Below, in pieces: positions 36,199-45,800 of a stretch of 64,000 bases of DNA (within the stretch, counting starts at the first letter, position 1; each line of letters starts with the position of its first letter). The notes below the pieces were generated by a model that worked only from the letters and a program-made list of their open reading frames with translations, was not told where the DNA came from and did not search any database. The stretch is from Vicinamibacteria bacterium. Its GTDB lineage: Bacteria; Acidobacteriota; Vicinamibacteria; Marinacidobacterales; Marinacidobacteraceae. Made by a program: the position numbers and the translations under genes. The DNA lies in the NCBI GenBank assembly GCA_963422395.1, contig OY729431.1:44449-108448 (forward strand). The letters are read 5' to 3'.

Positions 36199-36335
36199 TT
36201 CCCGTTCGACTTCCCTCCGTTCGGCTTCCCTCCCATTTGACTTCCTATCGGCCAGTCCGTATAAGGACGAGCTCCGCTGTCGATGCTCCGACCGGGCACT
36301 CGGCGGCCACTCCCGGAGCCACGGAGATCCTCCCG

Positions 36336-37856
36336 ATGCAATCCCCGACCAAATCCTTTTCCGCCCCACCGAAGCAAAACCCCGAAGGGTTCGGAGTTCG
36401 CCCGCTCCTCGCCGGCGCCGCCGCGCTCCTGCTGCTCGCCGGACTCGCTCCTGCACAAGAAGAAACCGCACGAGAAGAACAGGAGGCAGCGGCGAAGCCC
36501 ACGGAGGGCAAGACCCATCCGCTGCTCCCCGCGCACGATGTGCTGAACGAGTTCGGGGTCATCAGCTCGAGCGGCCACGACGACGGCGGCTGGAATCTGC
36601 CCCCGGAACTGCGGGTCCCGGAGCAGTACCAGTACCGGCGGCGCGATCAGCAGCTGAAGGAAGTGGATCTCACCGGCAACCAATTGCCTCCGGTATTGAC
36701 CGAGATGCGGGTGCTCAGCAAGGAAGTGGCGCCCGGCGGTGAAGTGCGCGCTATCGCCCGGGTGGTGTCCCCGTACAACAAGGCGCAGTCGTTCGTGTCG
36801 CTGTTCTACAACCGAGAGCTCGGGCGGGCAGCCACCATGTATGTGAACTTCAAGCCGAACGAGAAGGACGACACCCTCTTCCTCGGCCGCGGCAAGCTTT
36901 CGCGCTTCGCCGCCCCGGGGCGATATGTGGTCGGCACCACGATCATCGCCGACGAGGTGGGCGACCGAAAGGCCTACTGGGCAGACTTCCATGAGCCGAT
37001 GCAGGAGGAGGACGGCCAGCCGATCGGGTTCCTGGTGAGCCAAGGGGACAGCGTGGACATCACCGCGCCGGTGCTCCAGTCGGTCGAGATCCAGACCGAA
37101 CGGGTGCGCGCCGGAGGCGGACTGATCCAGTACAGCGTGCTGGCCGAGGACGATGTGTCGGGGCCGACCGAGGCGGAGACCGTGTGGGTGTCTCCGAGCG
37201 GCTACCACCAGATCCGCTCCACCATGGTCATGGTCGGCGGTCAGCCGGGGCTCTTCCGGGGCGCGCTCCAGATCCCCCAGTGGTACGAAGGCGGCGAGTG
37301 GCAGCTGATGCGGGTGTCGCTCAAGGACAACGCGACGAACATCCGTTACTACTTCAACCGCACCGAGCCGCTGATGGAGGGCGCCACCGTCCAGGTGGAA
37401 CAGGAGGAAGAAATGGTGGATCAGACGGCGGCGAGAGTTCTCGCGGTCCAGTTCACCAAGAACGAGGCCAAGCTGGGCGAACAGGTGGGGATCACCGTGC
37501 TCGCCGAGGACGACCTGTCCGGCGTCCACGGCATCGAGGGGTACGTCCGGTCGCCGAACGGCGCCGACGCGGTGAAGGTGAAGCTCAAGAGCATGACCCC
37601 CGAGATGGGCGGCTATGTGGCGCTGAACCGACCCTCGAAGCTGCCGGAGCCCCACATCTGGACCGGCTCCTTCACCGTGACCGACACGATGGAGTGGGGC
37701 GAGTGGGAGCTGGTGCGGCTCGGCATCTCCGACGCCGCGCGGAATTTCTACACCTATTACGAGGGCCGGGACCCCGAGATCGACGGGATCCGGGTCCGGT
37801 TCTACGATGAAGACACCGAGACCGCCGAAGAAGGCGGCGAGGAGGGTCCACGATGA
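36336..37856 (+). CDS. secreted protein with internal duplicated beta-rich domains
   Basis: The ATG at 36336 gives the signal peptide VRPLLAGAAALLLLAGLAPAQEE. Repeated motifs ...YSVLAEDDVSGP... and ...ITVLAEDDLSGVHG... are present, and the C-terminus is acidic. Confidence 0.6.
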   Translation: MQSPTKSFSAPPKQNPEGFGVRPLLAGAAALLLLAGLAPAQEETAREEQEAAAKPTEGKTHPLLPAHDVLNEFGVISSSGHDDGGWNLPPELRVPEQYQYRRRDQQLKEVDLTGNQLPPVLTEMRVLSKEVAPGGEVRAIARVVSPYNKAQSFVSLFYNRELGRAATMYVNFKPNEKDDTLFLGRGKLSRFAAPGRYVVGTTIIADEVGDRKAYWADFHEPMQEEDGQPIGFLVSQGDSVDITAPVLQSVEIQTERVRAGGGLIQYSVLAEDDVSGPTEAETVWVSPSGYHQIRSTMVMVGGQPGLFRGALQIPQWYEGGEWQLMRVSLKDNATNIRYYFNRTEPLMEGATVQVEQEEEMVDQTAARVLAVQFTKNEAKLGEQVGITVLAEDDLSGVHGIEGYVRSPNGADAVKVKLKSMTPEMGGYVALNRPSKLPEPHIWTGSFTVTDTMEWGEWELVRLGISDAARNFYTYYEGRDPEIDGIRVRFYDEDTETAEEGGEEGPR

Positions 37857-39205
37857 AGGCCAACACCCCCCCGGGCCGGTTGGACCGGCGCGATTTCTTC
37901 AAATTGGGCGCTGCAGCGAGCGCCGGGGCGGTGCTTTCCACCCGGAACGCCGCCGGGAGCCCGATCTTCGAGGCGGGCGCCGGGATCCCGCAGGGCGGAA
38001 TGATCCTGCCGGAGAACCCCGGCTTCCAGACGAAGCACCTGGTGACGGTCATCCTGGGCAATGGCGCCCGGAAGATCGATGTCATCGACAACCCGGAGCA
38101 CTCGCCCTTCCAGACGAAGATGGCGGCCGAAGGCACCGTCTTCACCGAGGACTACGGCGAGACCGCGAACCTCCACGGCTACATGTACACCGAGGTGCTG
38201 AGTGGACGCGACGCTCCGGCGCAGCGGCCCCGCTATCCCACCTGGGCCGAGTACATCCGCAAGAAGGCGGGCGGCAGGGCGACCGACTTCTGGACCCTGC
38301 AGAGTGCGTCCTACTACCGCGCCTGGACCTGGGATGTGAAGCATTTCAGCCAGCATCCCGAGTACGGGGTGCAGCACGGCTCCACGAGCCTCACGATGAA
38401 CCGGATCTTCTATCCGGAACAGCAGCTCGATGCGGCGCAGATCGTGGATCTCAATGTGGAGAAGGGCCTGGGACACACCCCCGGGGAACGCAAACAGGTC
38501 GAGGACTTCATCGCCGGAGTGCTCGAGCGGAAGTCCTACACGCCGCCCTCGACGCGGGAGCCGGTCATCGACCGGGAGATTCCGTACGGGGACGCGCAGG
38601 TGCTCACTCTGGTGCCCCAAATCCTCAAGGAGTTCAAGCCGCGGTCCATCACAGCGCAGATCCTCGCTCTCGACGACGCGCACGCCGACTTCGGGTTCTG
38701 GGACTACAACACGGACTACTGGGAGTACATCAAGCACATCAAGACCACCGATGAGCTGATCGGCAATCTCTGGAGCGAGATCCAGTCCGATCCGTATCTC
38801 CGGGACACCACCGCGCTGGTGATCCGCCCCGAGTGCGGCCGCGACGACGAAGTGAACATCTACGGGCAGCTGGGCCACAGTCCGGGCAATTACTACGCCC
38901 ACTATGTATGGCTCATGGCGCTCGGCCCCGACTTCAAGAAGGGACACACCGTGACCGAGCGGGTGCAGCGGCGGGATGTGGTTCCGACGCTGACCTACCT
39001 CATGTCCGGGGAGAACGCCGAGTACGCCACCGGCCATGTCCGGACCCAGATGTTCCGAGACGAGTACCAGCTGCCTCCATACATCCTCCCGCCCACCGCC
39101 GAGGTGAAGGAACCAGCAGTGGATTGGGAGAAAATCGTCGAAGAGCGCCGGACCGCCGAGAAGATCAAAGAGTTCGCACGTTCCACGGTGGGCTACGGCG
39201 GCTGA
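37853..39205 (+). CDS. Tat-signal exported protein of unknown function
   Basis: Twin-arginine motif RRDFFKLGAAASAGAVL. The start ATG overlaps the upstream stop (ATGA at 37853-37856). Confidence 0.6.
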   Translation: MKANTPPGRLDRRDFFKLGAAASAGAVLSTRNAAGSPIFEAGAGIPQGGMILPENPGFQTKHLVTVILGNGARKIDVIDNPEHSPFQTKMAAEGTVFTEDYGETANLHGYMYTEVLSGRDAPAQRPRYPTWAEYIRKKAGGRATDFWTLQSASYYRAWTWDVKHFSQHPEYGVQHGSTSLTMNRIFYPEQQLDAAQIVDLNVEKGLGHTPGERKQVEDFIAGVLERKSYTPPSTREPVIDREIPYGDAQVLTLVPQILKEFKPRSITAQILALDDAHADFGFWDYNTDYWEYIKHIKTTDELIGNLWSEIQSDPYLRDTTALVIRPECGRDDEVNIYGQLGHSPGNYYAHYVWLMALGPDFKKGHTVTERVQRRDVVPTLTYLMSGENAEYATGHVRTQMFRDEYQLPPYILPPTAEVKEPAVDWEKIVEERRTAEKIKEFARSTVGYGG

Positions 39206-39252
39206 CCCGGAGCCTCACGATTCCTGACCGATCACCAAGGAGATCATCGAAA

Positions 39253-39534
39253 ATGGACGACTTGAACCGTCGCGCTTTCCTCAAGAGTGCCGGATTGGCT
39301 TTCGCCGGAGTGGTGGGCGCCGCATCCTTCGCCGCTGCCCGCCAGCAGGAGGAGGAAGAAGAGGCCCGGAAGGACGAAGAGGAGAAGGAGGAGGAGCTGG
39401 ACTACGACGCGCTGTTCAGCGAGGACTCCGGGGGAGATGAGGACACCCGGGCCTGCCCGCAGTGCGGCGCCCTCATGTATCGGCAGGGCCGGACCTGGAC
39501 CTGCGAGAACTGCGGCTACAGCTATGTGGAGTAG
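39253..39534 (+). CDS. small Tat-signal protein with acidic linker and C-terminal C4 zinc ribbon
   Basis: MDDLNRRAFLKSAGLAFAGVV, then an E/K-rich stretch, then CPQCGALMYRQGRTWTCENCGYSY. Confidence 0.45.
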   Translation: MDDLNRRAFLKSAGLAFAGVVGAASFAAARQQEEEEEARKDEEEKEEELDYDALFSEDSGGDEDTRACPQCGALMYRQGRTWTCENCGYSYVE

Positions 39535-39915
39535 TGCCCGGCGGCGCTGAGGTCTGAAGGTTCTCCGAGTCGGCGGCGCTGCGGACCCCGCAGTCTTGGC
39601 CGCCGGCCGGTTCGCCGTCCCGCGGCTCGGTGTTCGGCCGCGGGGCGGTTTTTTCGTGTGCGCGCCCGTCGGACCGGGTGCTGCAGGCCGAGCCCGTAGG
39701 TCAGACGGACACCGAGTGCTTCCTGAATCGTCCTCTCTCCCTGCTCTTCGTGAGAGGATTCGCGGAGCCCTCGAATCCTGGCCCTACGACGGCGACTCCG
39801 ATCCAGAAATGCGCCGGGCGATCCGGAAGCAGCCCCCCCGCTCCTCTGATGACGAACCCCGAATACCGCCAGGAGAGACTGAGGAATGCCCGCCGACTAC
39901 CCAGTCGAAGGCGCT

Positions 39916-40647
39916 TCAGATCGGGCGCGGAATGATCCAGTGGCCGAAAATGAGGAACAGGATCAGAAAGGCAGACTGCATGGCGTGTTCCGCGCTCCCC
40001 CGCCGGTAGCTCCAGTAGAGCACGCCGGAACGGGTGTTCCGGCCGTCCAGCACCGCCCGGGTATAGGCGATCCGCTGCACCGCGATCAGGTTGCCCCAAA
40101 TGGCGAGCACGACGAGGGAGATGTGGACATTTCCGGACAGCAGTCCCAGGATGACGGTCACGGCGCGTTCCGGCCGCTCCAGGAAGCCGATCGCACAGCT
40201 CGGAATCGTCTTTTCCGCCCGCGCCCGCGCGTAAGAGGTTCCGACGGTTCCCAAGGCACTGACGCACCAGAGCGCAAGCCAGATCGGGCGAGTCGAATCG
40301 TCGAAAAAATCGAGCAGGTAGAGGAGCAGCCCGAAGAGCAACAGCATGTCGGCGTACCGATCCACCACCGAGTCCAGGTATGCGCCGAACCGGGTCTCCC
40401 CTCCCGAGGCCCGAGCCACCGCGCCGTCGAGCGAGTCGAACGCCACCGCGAGCAGAACCACCCAGCCCGCGGTCCAGTGGTCGCCGCGGGCGAGCGGCCA
40501 GAACACGAACGCCATCGCCGCCGGGCCGGCGAGCGTCAGCGCATTCGGCGGCACCCGCGCCCGTATGATCCCGCGCGCCATGCCGTCGCGGATCGAAGCG
40601 AGAACGGTTGCGGCGTGGCGGCCCACCGGCCGAAAGAACCGCTTCAC
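39916..40647 (-). CDS. CDP-alcohol phosphatidyltransferase family protein
   Basis: Signature DSLDGAVARASGGETRFGAYLDSVVDRYAD (D..DG..AR...G...D...D). PNALTLAG lies near the N-terminus. The start is GTG 40647 (preceded by GAGGGAAG) or ATG 40581. Confidence 0.65.
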   Translation of the reverse strand: MKRFFRPVGRHAATVLASIRDGMARGIIRARVPPNALTLAGPAAMAFVFWPLARGDHWTAGWVVLLAVAFDSLDGAVARASGGETRFGAYLDSVVDRYADMLLLFGLLLYLLDFFDDSTRPIWLALWCVSALGTVGTSYARARAEKTIPSCAIGFLERPERAVTVILGLLSGNVHISLVVLAIWGNLIAVQRIAYTRAVLDGRNTRSGVLYWSYRRGSAEHAMQSAFLILFLIFGHWIIPRPI

Positions 40648-40815
40648 TGCGCTTCCCTCGCTGCGGCTGCAGCACCCGAAGACGAAAGGTAGGCGGCTTC
40701 TCCTGAAATGTCGGTCACGGGCCGCTCCAGCGGACCAGTCGGGAATGACACCCTGCCGCGCCGGCTCGATGGATAGCATACGCTCGAAGCGGCCGCCCGC
40801 TCCTCTCCGCGTCCG

Positions 40816-41772
40816 ATGAGCGGGCGGCCGCTGGTCATCGCCAACCCTGCGGCCCAGGGCGGCCGCGGCAAGGACCGCTGGCGCGCCGCCGCGGGAATGG
40901 TGGCCGATCGGCTCGGCGCGCACGATCTCGCTTGGACGAGCGCCCCCGGAGACGCTACCCGGATCGCCCGCCGCGAGGGTTCTTCGCGTCCGCTGCTCAT
41001 CGCCTTCGGCGGCGACGGGACCGCTTCCGAAGTGGCACGGGGCCTCCATCTCTCCGGCGGCGCCGCGGAGCTCGGATTGCTTCCCTGCGGCACCGGAAAC
41101 GACTTCGCTGGCGATGCTGGCATTCCATCGCGACTGCCGGAGGCTGTCCGCTTCTTGTGCGGCACCCGCGGCCGGGCCACCGATCTGGGGCGGGTCGCGG
41201 GCGCAGGCGGCCTCTCCCGCACCTTTCTCAACAGTTTTTCGCTCGGCCTGGCCGCCTCGGTCGTCGCTCGGGTAGCGGAGAACGGGAGCCGGCTGGGGCG
41301 GGCCGCCTACGCCGCCGCCGCCGCCCGCGAGATCATCACCTTCACTCCGAGCACTCTCCGGGTGGGTCTCGATGGGGCTCCAGCGCGGCCTCAGGTGCTG
41401 CTGAACCTCACCGTGCTGAACTCACGGCGTTTCGGGGGCGGAATCCGGCTCGCGCCGCCCGCGGACCCCGGCGACGGACGCCTCGACGCGGTTCTGATCG
41501 GGCCGCTCGGCCCGCTGGCGCTTTTCGATGCGATCCTCCGGCTCCCCCGGGGCGATCTCTTCGGACGAAGGGAGATCGAGCACCGGCAGATCCAGCGCGC
41601 GGTCCTCGAGCCGCTCCGCGAATCCGGCGCCGAGGCGCCACCCGCCCCGATGGAACTCGACGGCGAAACCTTCCGCTGCCGGGGTGCGATCGAAGTTTCG
41701 GTGGTTCCCGACGCGATCCTCGTCAGAAGAGCCCCCGGTCCCGGAGCCAGCGCACCGTCTCGAGCAGGGTGA
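40816..41772 (+). CDS. diacylglycerol-kinase-catalytic-domain lipid kinase (YegS/BmrU-like)
   Basis: LLIAFGGDGTASEV is the GGDG lipid-kinase motif, followed by LPCGTGNDFA. The 3' end overlaps the convergent SDR gene by ~50 nt. Confidence 0.65.
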   Translation: MSGRPLVIANPAAQGGRGKDRWRAAAGMVADRLGAHDLAWTSAPGDATRIARREGSSRPLLIAFGGDGTASEVARGLHLSGGAAELGLLPCGTGNDFAGDAGIPSRLPEAVRFLCGTRGRATDLGRVAGAGGLSRTFLNSFSLGLAASVVARVAENGSRLGRAAYAAAAAREIITFTPSTLRVGLDGAPARPQVLLNLTVLNSRRFGGGIRLAPPADPGDGRLDAVLIGPLGPLALFDAILRLPRGDLFGRREIEHRQIQRAVLEPLRESGAEAPPAPMELDGETFRCRGAIEVSVVPDAILVRRAPGPGASAPSRAG

Positions 41773-42769
41773 CCCGCGCCTCGCGGGGTGCGTGCCCCAG
41801 TTCGCGGGCCGCCTTGTCGGAACGGAAATACCAATAGCAGCCCGCCATCTCGCGACTGATTCGGTCCACCGCGGGCTCGCGCCCGAGCTGGCGCGCCAGC
41901 TCCTCACCGAACAGCGCGCCCGCGGTGTAGAGCCCCCGCGGGAGGCGAAACCGAGACGGCCGGACGCCGGAGATCTCGCCGAGCTGGGCGAAGAACTCGG
42001 CGAAGCTCCAGTTGTGGCCGCCGAGCAGGTAACGCTCACCGGCACGGCCCCGGGACATCGCCGCCGAGGTACCGGCGGCGGCATCCCGCACATCCACGAA
42101 GTTGAGCCCTCCGGGAGGGATCACCTGGACCTGGCCGGAGAGGAAACGGAGCACATCGCCGGTCGAGGACAACCGCTCGTCGCCCGGTCCGAGAAGCAGG
42201 GAGGGGTTCACGATCACGACCTCGAAATCGCTGGCAGCTTCCAGCAGCGCCGCTTCCTGGAGCCACTTGCTGCGGTAGTAGGGCCAGCCGCCGATCCGCT
42301 CGATGGGCGTCCCCGCGGTCTCGTCGCAATCCGGCTCCGGCTCGGAGCTGACCGCGATCGTCCCGCTCGTGGAAACCAGCACGATCCGCTCGACTCCCTC
42401 TCGCCGGGCTACCGCCGCGAGCCGCCGGGTTCCCTCCCCATGGAGGCGCTGGAGCTCCGAGGCCGCTTCCGGATCGCGGGAGACCCGCCCGGCGAGGTGG
42501 AAGACCCGGCGGACGCCGGAAAGGGCCTCACGAAGCGCGCCCTCCGATTCGACCTCTCCTCGCACCAGTTCCACCCCCTGCTCCGCGAGAGCGGGAGCCT
42601 CTCGGCGCACCAGCGCCCGGACCGGAGTCCCGGCGGCGAGAAGCAGCGGAAGGAGGTGGCCGCCCAGGAAGCCGGTCGCCCCGGTCACCAGCACCGGGGC
42701 GGCAGCGGAGTCCCCTGTCGGGAGATCTTCTGCCGGGGAGCCGGTTTCGGGGGGATTCGCTTCGGACAC
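41723..42769 (-). CDS. NAD-dependent epimerase/dehydratase (SDR-family reductase)
   Basis: VLVTGATGFLGGHLLPLLL is a Rossmann GxxGxxG motif, with the extended-SDR YYRSK active-site motif. Confidence 0.7.
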   Translation of the reverse strand: MSEANPPETGSPAEDLPTGDSAAAPVLVTGATGFLGGHLLPLLLAAGTPVRALVRREAPALAEQGVELVRGEVESEGALREALSGVRRVFHLAGRVSRDPEAASELQRLHGEGTRRLAAVARREGVERIVLVSTSGTIAVSSEPEPDCDETAGTPIERIGGWPYYRSKWLQEAALLEAASDFEVVIVNPSLLLGPGDERLSSTGDVLRFLSGQVQVIPPGGLNFVDVRDAAAGTSAAMSRGRAGERYLLGGHNWSFAEFFAQLGEISGVRPSRFRLPRGLYTAGALFGEELARQLGREPAVDRISREMAGCYWYFRSDKAARELGHAPREARVTLLETVRWLRDRGLF

Positions 42770-42803
42770 CGGGAGAACCTTGCCAGTTTCGATTCGGGGG
42801 AGA

Positions 42804-45800
42804 TCAGCCCGCGGGTGCGCCCACCGGAGCCTCGTCCGCGTCCGGAGTCGCGCCGGGAGTTTCCGCCGCGTCAGCCGCCCGAACGGCGCCCCGCGCGAGG
42901 CGGGCCGCTTCCTCTTCGAGATGGATCGGCTCCTGCCGGCCCAGCTTCGTCACGATCCGCTGCACGAGCGTCGCCACCCCCCGCTCGCGCGCCGCGCCCC
43001 CGAGTTCCCTGCCGGCGCAGCGGGTCAGGAACTCGTGCGGCAGGAAGGGGCCGATCCGCGCCGCCACCGAGCGCGAGCGAAGGCCCACCGCCCCCGGCGG
43101 AAAGGCCTGCCAGGTGTCCAGGTGCATCGGCAGTACGCCGACCCGGCAGCGGAACGCGAGATGCGCGAAGCCGCGCCGGAATTCCTGGATCCGGCCGCTG
43201 CGCGAGCGCGTTCCTTCGGGAAAGACGAGCACGCTGTAGCCGCGCTCGAGGTGCCCCGCAGCCAGATCCAGCGATTCGCGGAGAGAACCGCGGCGCTGCA
43301 TGGGAACGACATTCGTGAAGTTGCCGAAGAAAGTGCGCTTGATCCGGTTGTCGAAGAAGTAGTCCGCCGCGGCCAGCACCACCAGGTTCGACCCGGCGTC
43401 GCCGAGCGCCATCTTCGCAAGCCCCATGTCGAGGTGGGAAGCGTGGTTCGCCACCACCAGGTAATGGGTATGCGTCGGGATGTAGGCCCGGCCGGTGAAG
43501 GTGGACTGGAGAAAGTGGTGGTAGAACCAGCGCTGAACCTCGGTGAGCCCGAGGCGGCCCATCCGGGCCACGACCGACGGAATCGGAATCTCGTCTTCCG
43601 GAGATTTCCTGCGCGCTGCCCGCGCCGCGCCGGGCCGACGCGGAGGAGACCGTCCCGGCGTCGGCCGACCGGCGGTTCCGAGCGCCAGCGCCAGTTCCTC
43701 GAGCTTCGTCATCCGGGCGAGTGCATCGGCACCCACCGCCTCACCGAACTCGCTGCCGAACTCGCTCTCGAGCACCGCCGCCAGTTCGTTGTACATCAGG
43801 CTGTCGAAACCGAGTTCGGCGAACGAGGAAGCGAGGGTGACCCCGGACGCCGGGCGTTCGCAGATGGAGGCGACGATCTCGACGATCCGGCTGCCGGAGA
43901 CCGCATCCGCGGCCGCGGCGGCGGCCGCGGTCCGGCGACGATCGACCAGCCAGCGCGCGACCTCGGCGCGCTTCACTTTGCGGGTCGCGGTTCGGGGCAG
44001 CGGTTCGGTGCGGAAATCCACCGTCTTGACCCGTTTGTGGAGCGGGAGGTCTCGGGCGACGGAGTGGAAATGAGCCTCGATCTCCTGCCGACCCGGCCCG
44101 TCGTTCTCCTTGGGCACCACGACTGCGGCCACCTGTTCCGCTGCCCCGTCGGGGAGGCCCACCACACAGAACTCGGCGATCCGCTCGGGCGCGGCGTAGA
44201 TCTCCTCGACTTCGTCGGGGTAGATGTTCTTGCCGCCGCTGTCCACGATCACATCCTTGCGGCGGCCGACCAGGAAAAGATGGCCGCCTTCGTCGAGCCG
44301 GCCGAGGTCGCCGGTGCAGAGCCAGCCGGCTCGCAGCGACTCGGTGGTGGCCTCCTCGTTGCCGTAGTAGCCGGCCATGATGTTCGCCCCCTTCGCCACG
44401 ACCTCGCCGACCCCGGAGGCGTCCGGATCGGCGATGCGCAACTCGACCCCGGGCAGGGCCTTGCCGACGCTCCCGATCGGCACCCGGCCCTCGGGCGGAG
44501 TCACGGTGAGCACCGGGGCGGCTTCGGTCAGGCCGTATCCCTGCGCGATGTGGAATCCGAGACCGCGGAAGGTCTTCCAGGTGGTTTCGGACAACGCCGA
44601 GGCGCCGCTGATCAGATAGCGGATTTTGCCGCCCAGGGCGGTATGTACCGGAAGAAACACCGCGGGACCGATATTCACTCCGGTGTCCTCGCGCAGCAGG
44701 TAGGCCGCATCGATCAGCGCGGTCACCAGATCCTCGATGCGGGACGAACGCTCGGCGAAGGGGGCGAGGATCCGCCGCCGGAGCAGATCCCAGAGCGCGG
44801 GAACCCCGACGATGCAGGTCGTGTTCCCCTTGCGCAGCTCCCGGTTCAGGGAATCGGGGCTGATCTCGTCCAGATAGGCGATCTGCGCGCCCCGCGACAG
44901 CGGCAGCAGGAAGCCGGTGGTGAACTCGAAGGAATGGTGGAGCGGGAGAACACTGAGCGCTCCGTCCTTTTCGGTGATGTCGTAGATCGAGAGCAGCTTG
45001 GCCACCAGGCTGGTGAAGTTCCGCTGGGTGAGCATCACGCCCTTCGGGGCGCCGGTGGTGCCCGAGGTGAACAGGATCGAGGCCAGCGCGCCGGGGGCCG
45101 GAGGGCTCGGGAGCGCGCGGACCCGGCGCGCTTCTTCCGCCTCGTCGCCCACCCGAAACACTTCCCGGAAAGGATGGAGCGAAAACGGAAGCGGCTCCCC
45201 GCCTCCCTCATCGGCGAGCCCTCGGCGATGGCGCTCGTCGAGCGAATCGTCCAGCAGCAGCGCCTTCGCATCTCCGAGCCGCAGCAGGCGCGCGATTTCC
45301 GGAGGGCGCAGATCGCGTTCGAGCGGGATCGCGACAGCGCCGATCCGCTGGATGGCGAAATAGGCCATCCCCCATTCCGGCGCGTTGTCCCCGATCAGCC
45401 CCAGATGGTCTCCGGGGCCGAAACCCTGCGCCGTCAGATAGGCCGCCCCGCGCAGCACGCACTCGCGCAGGTCGGCGTAGGTGTAGCGCTCCTCCCTGCC
45501 GCCGCGGGTGATTCGGAGCGCTATCCGTCCGGCGTGGTTCTTGGTGCAAGCCTCGAACATCTCGACGAGATTTCGATGGATGTAGGTCCGGCGCGGCCGT
45601 TGCCGCTCCTGATCGTCGAGGGTCGGGAACACCCAGCGCTCGAGGCCGGGCAGATGCACATGCAGCCAGTAGTCGTACCAGTCGATTTCCTCGGGATCGA
45701 AGAAGAGCTTGCCGTCGTTGCCGTCGAGCCTCTGGAAGAGATCCCGCGTGTGGTCAGCGCGAAAGAGGAACTTCTCGCCGGCGATGAACGGTTTGAAGGT

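Noticed and set aside
37853-39205. Assignment of the Tat-exported protein to DUF1501 (sulfatase-like)
   Set aside because: Beyond the twin-arginine leader, the sequence lacks the DUF1501/sulfatase core motifs, so it is left as unknown.
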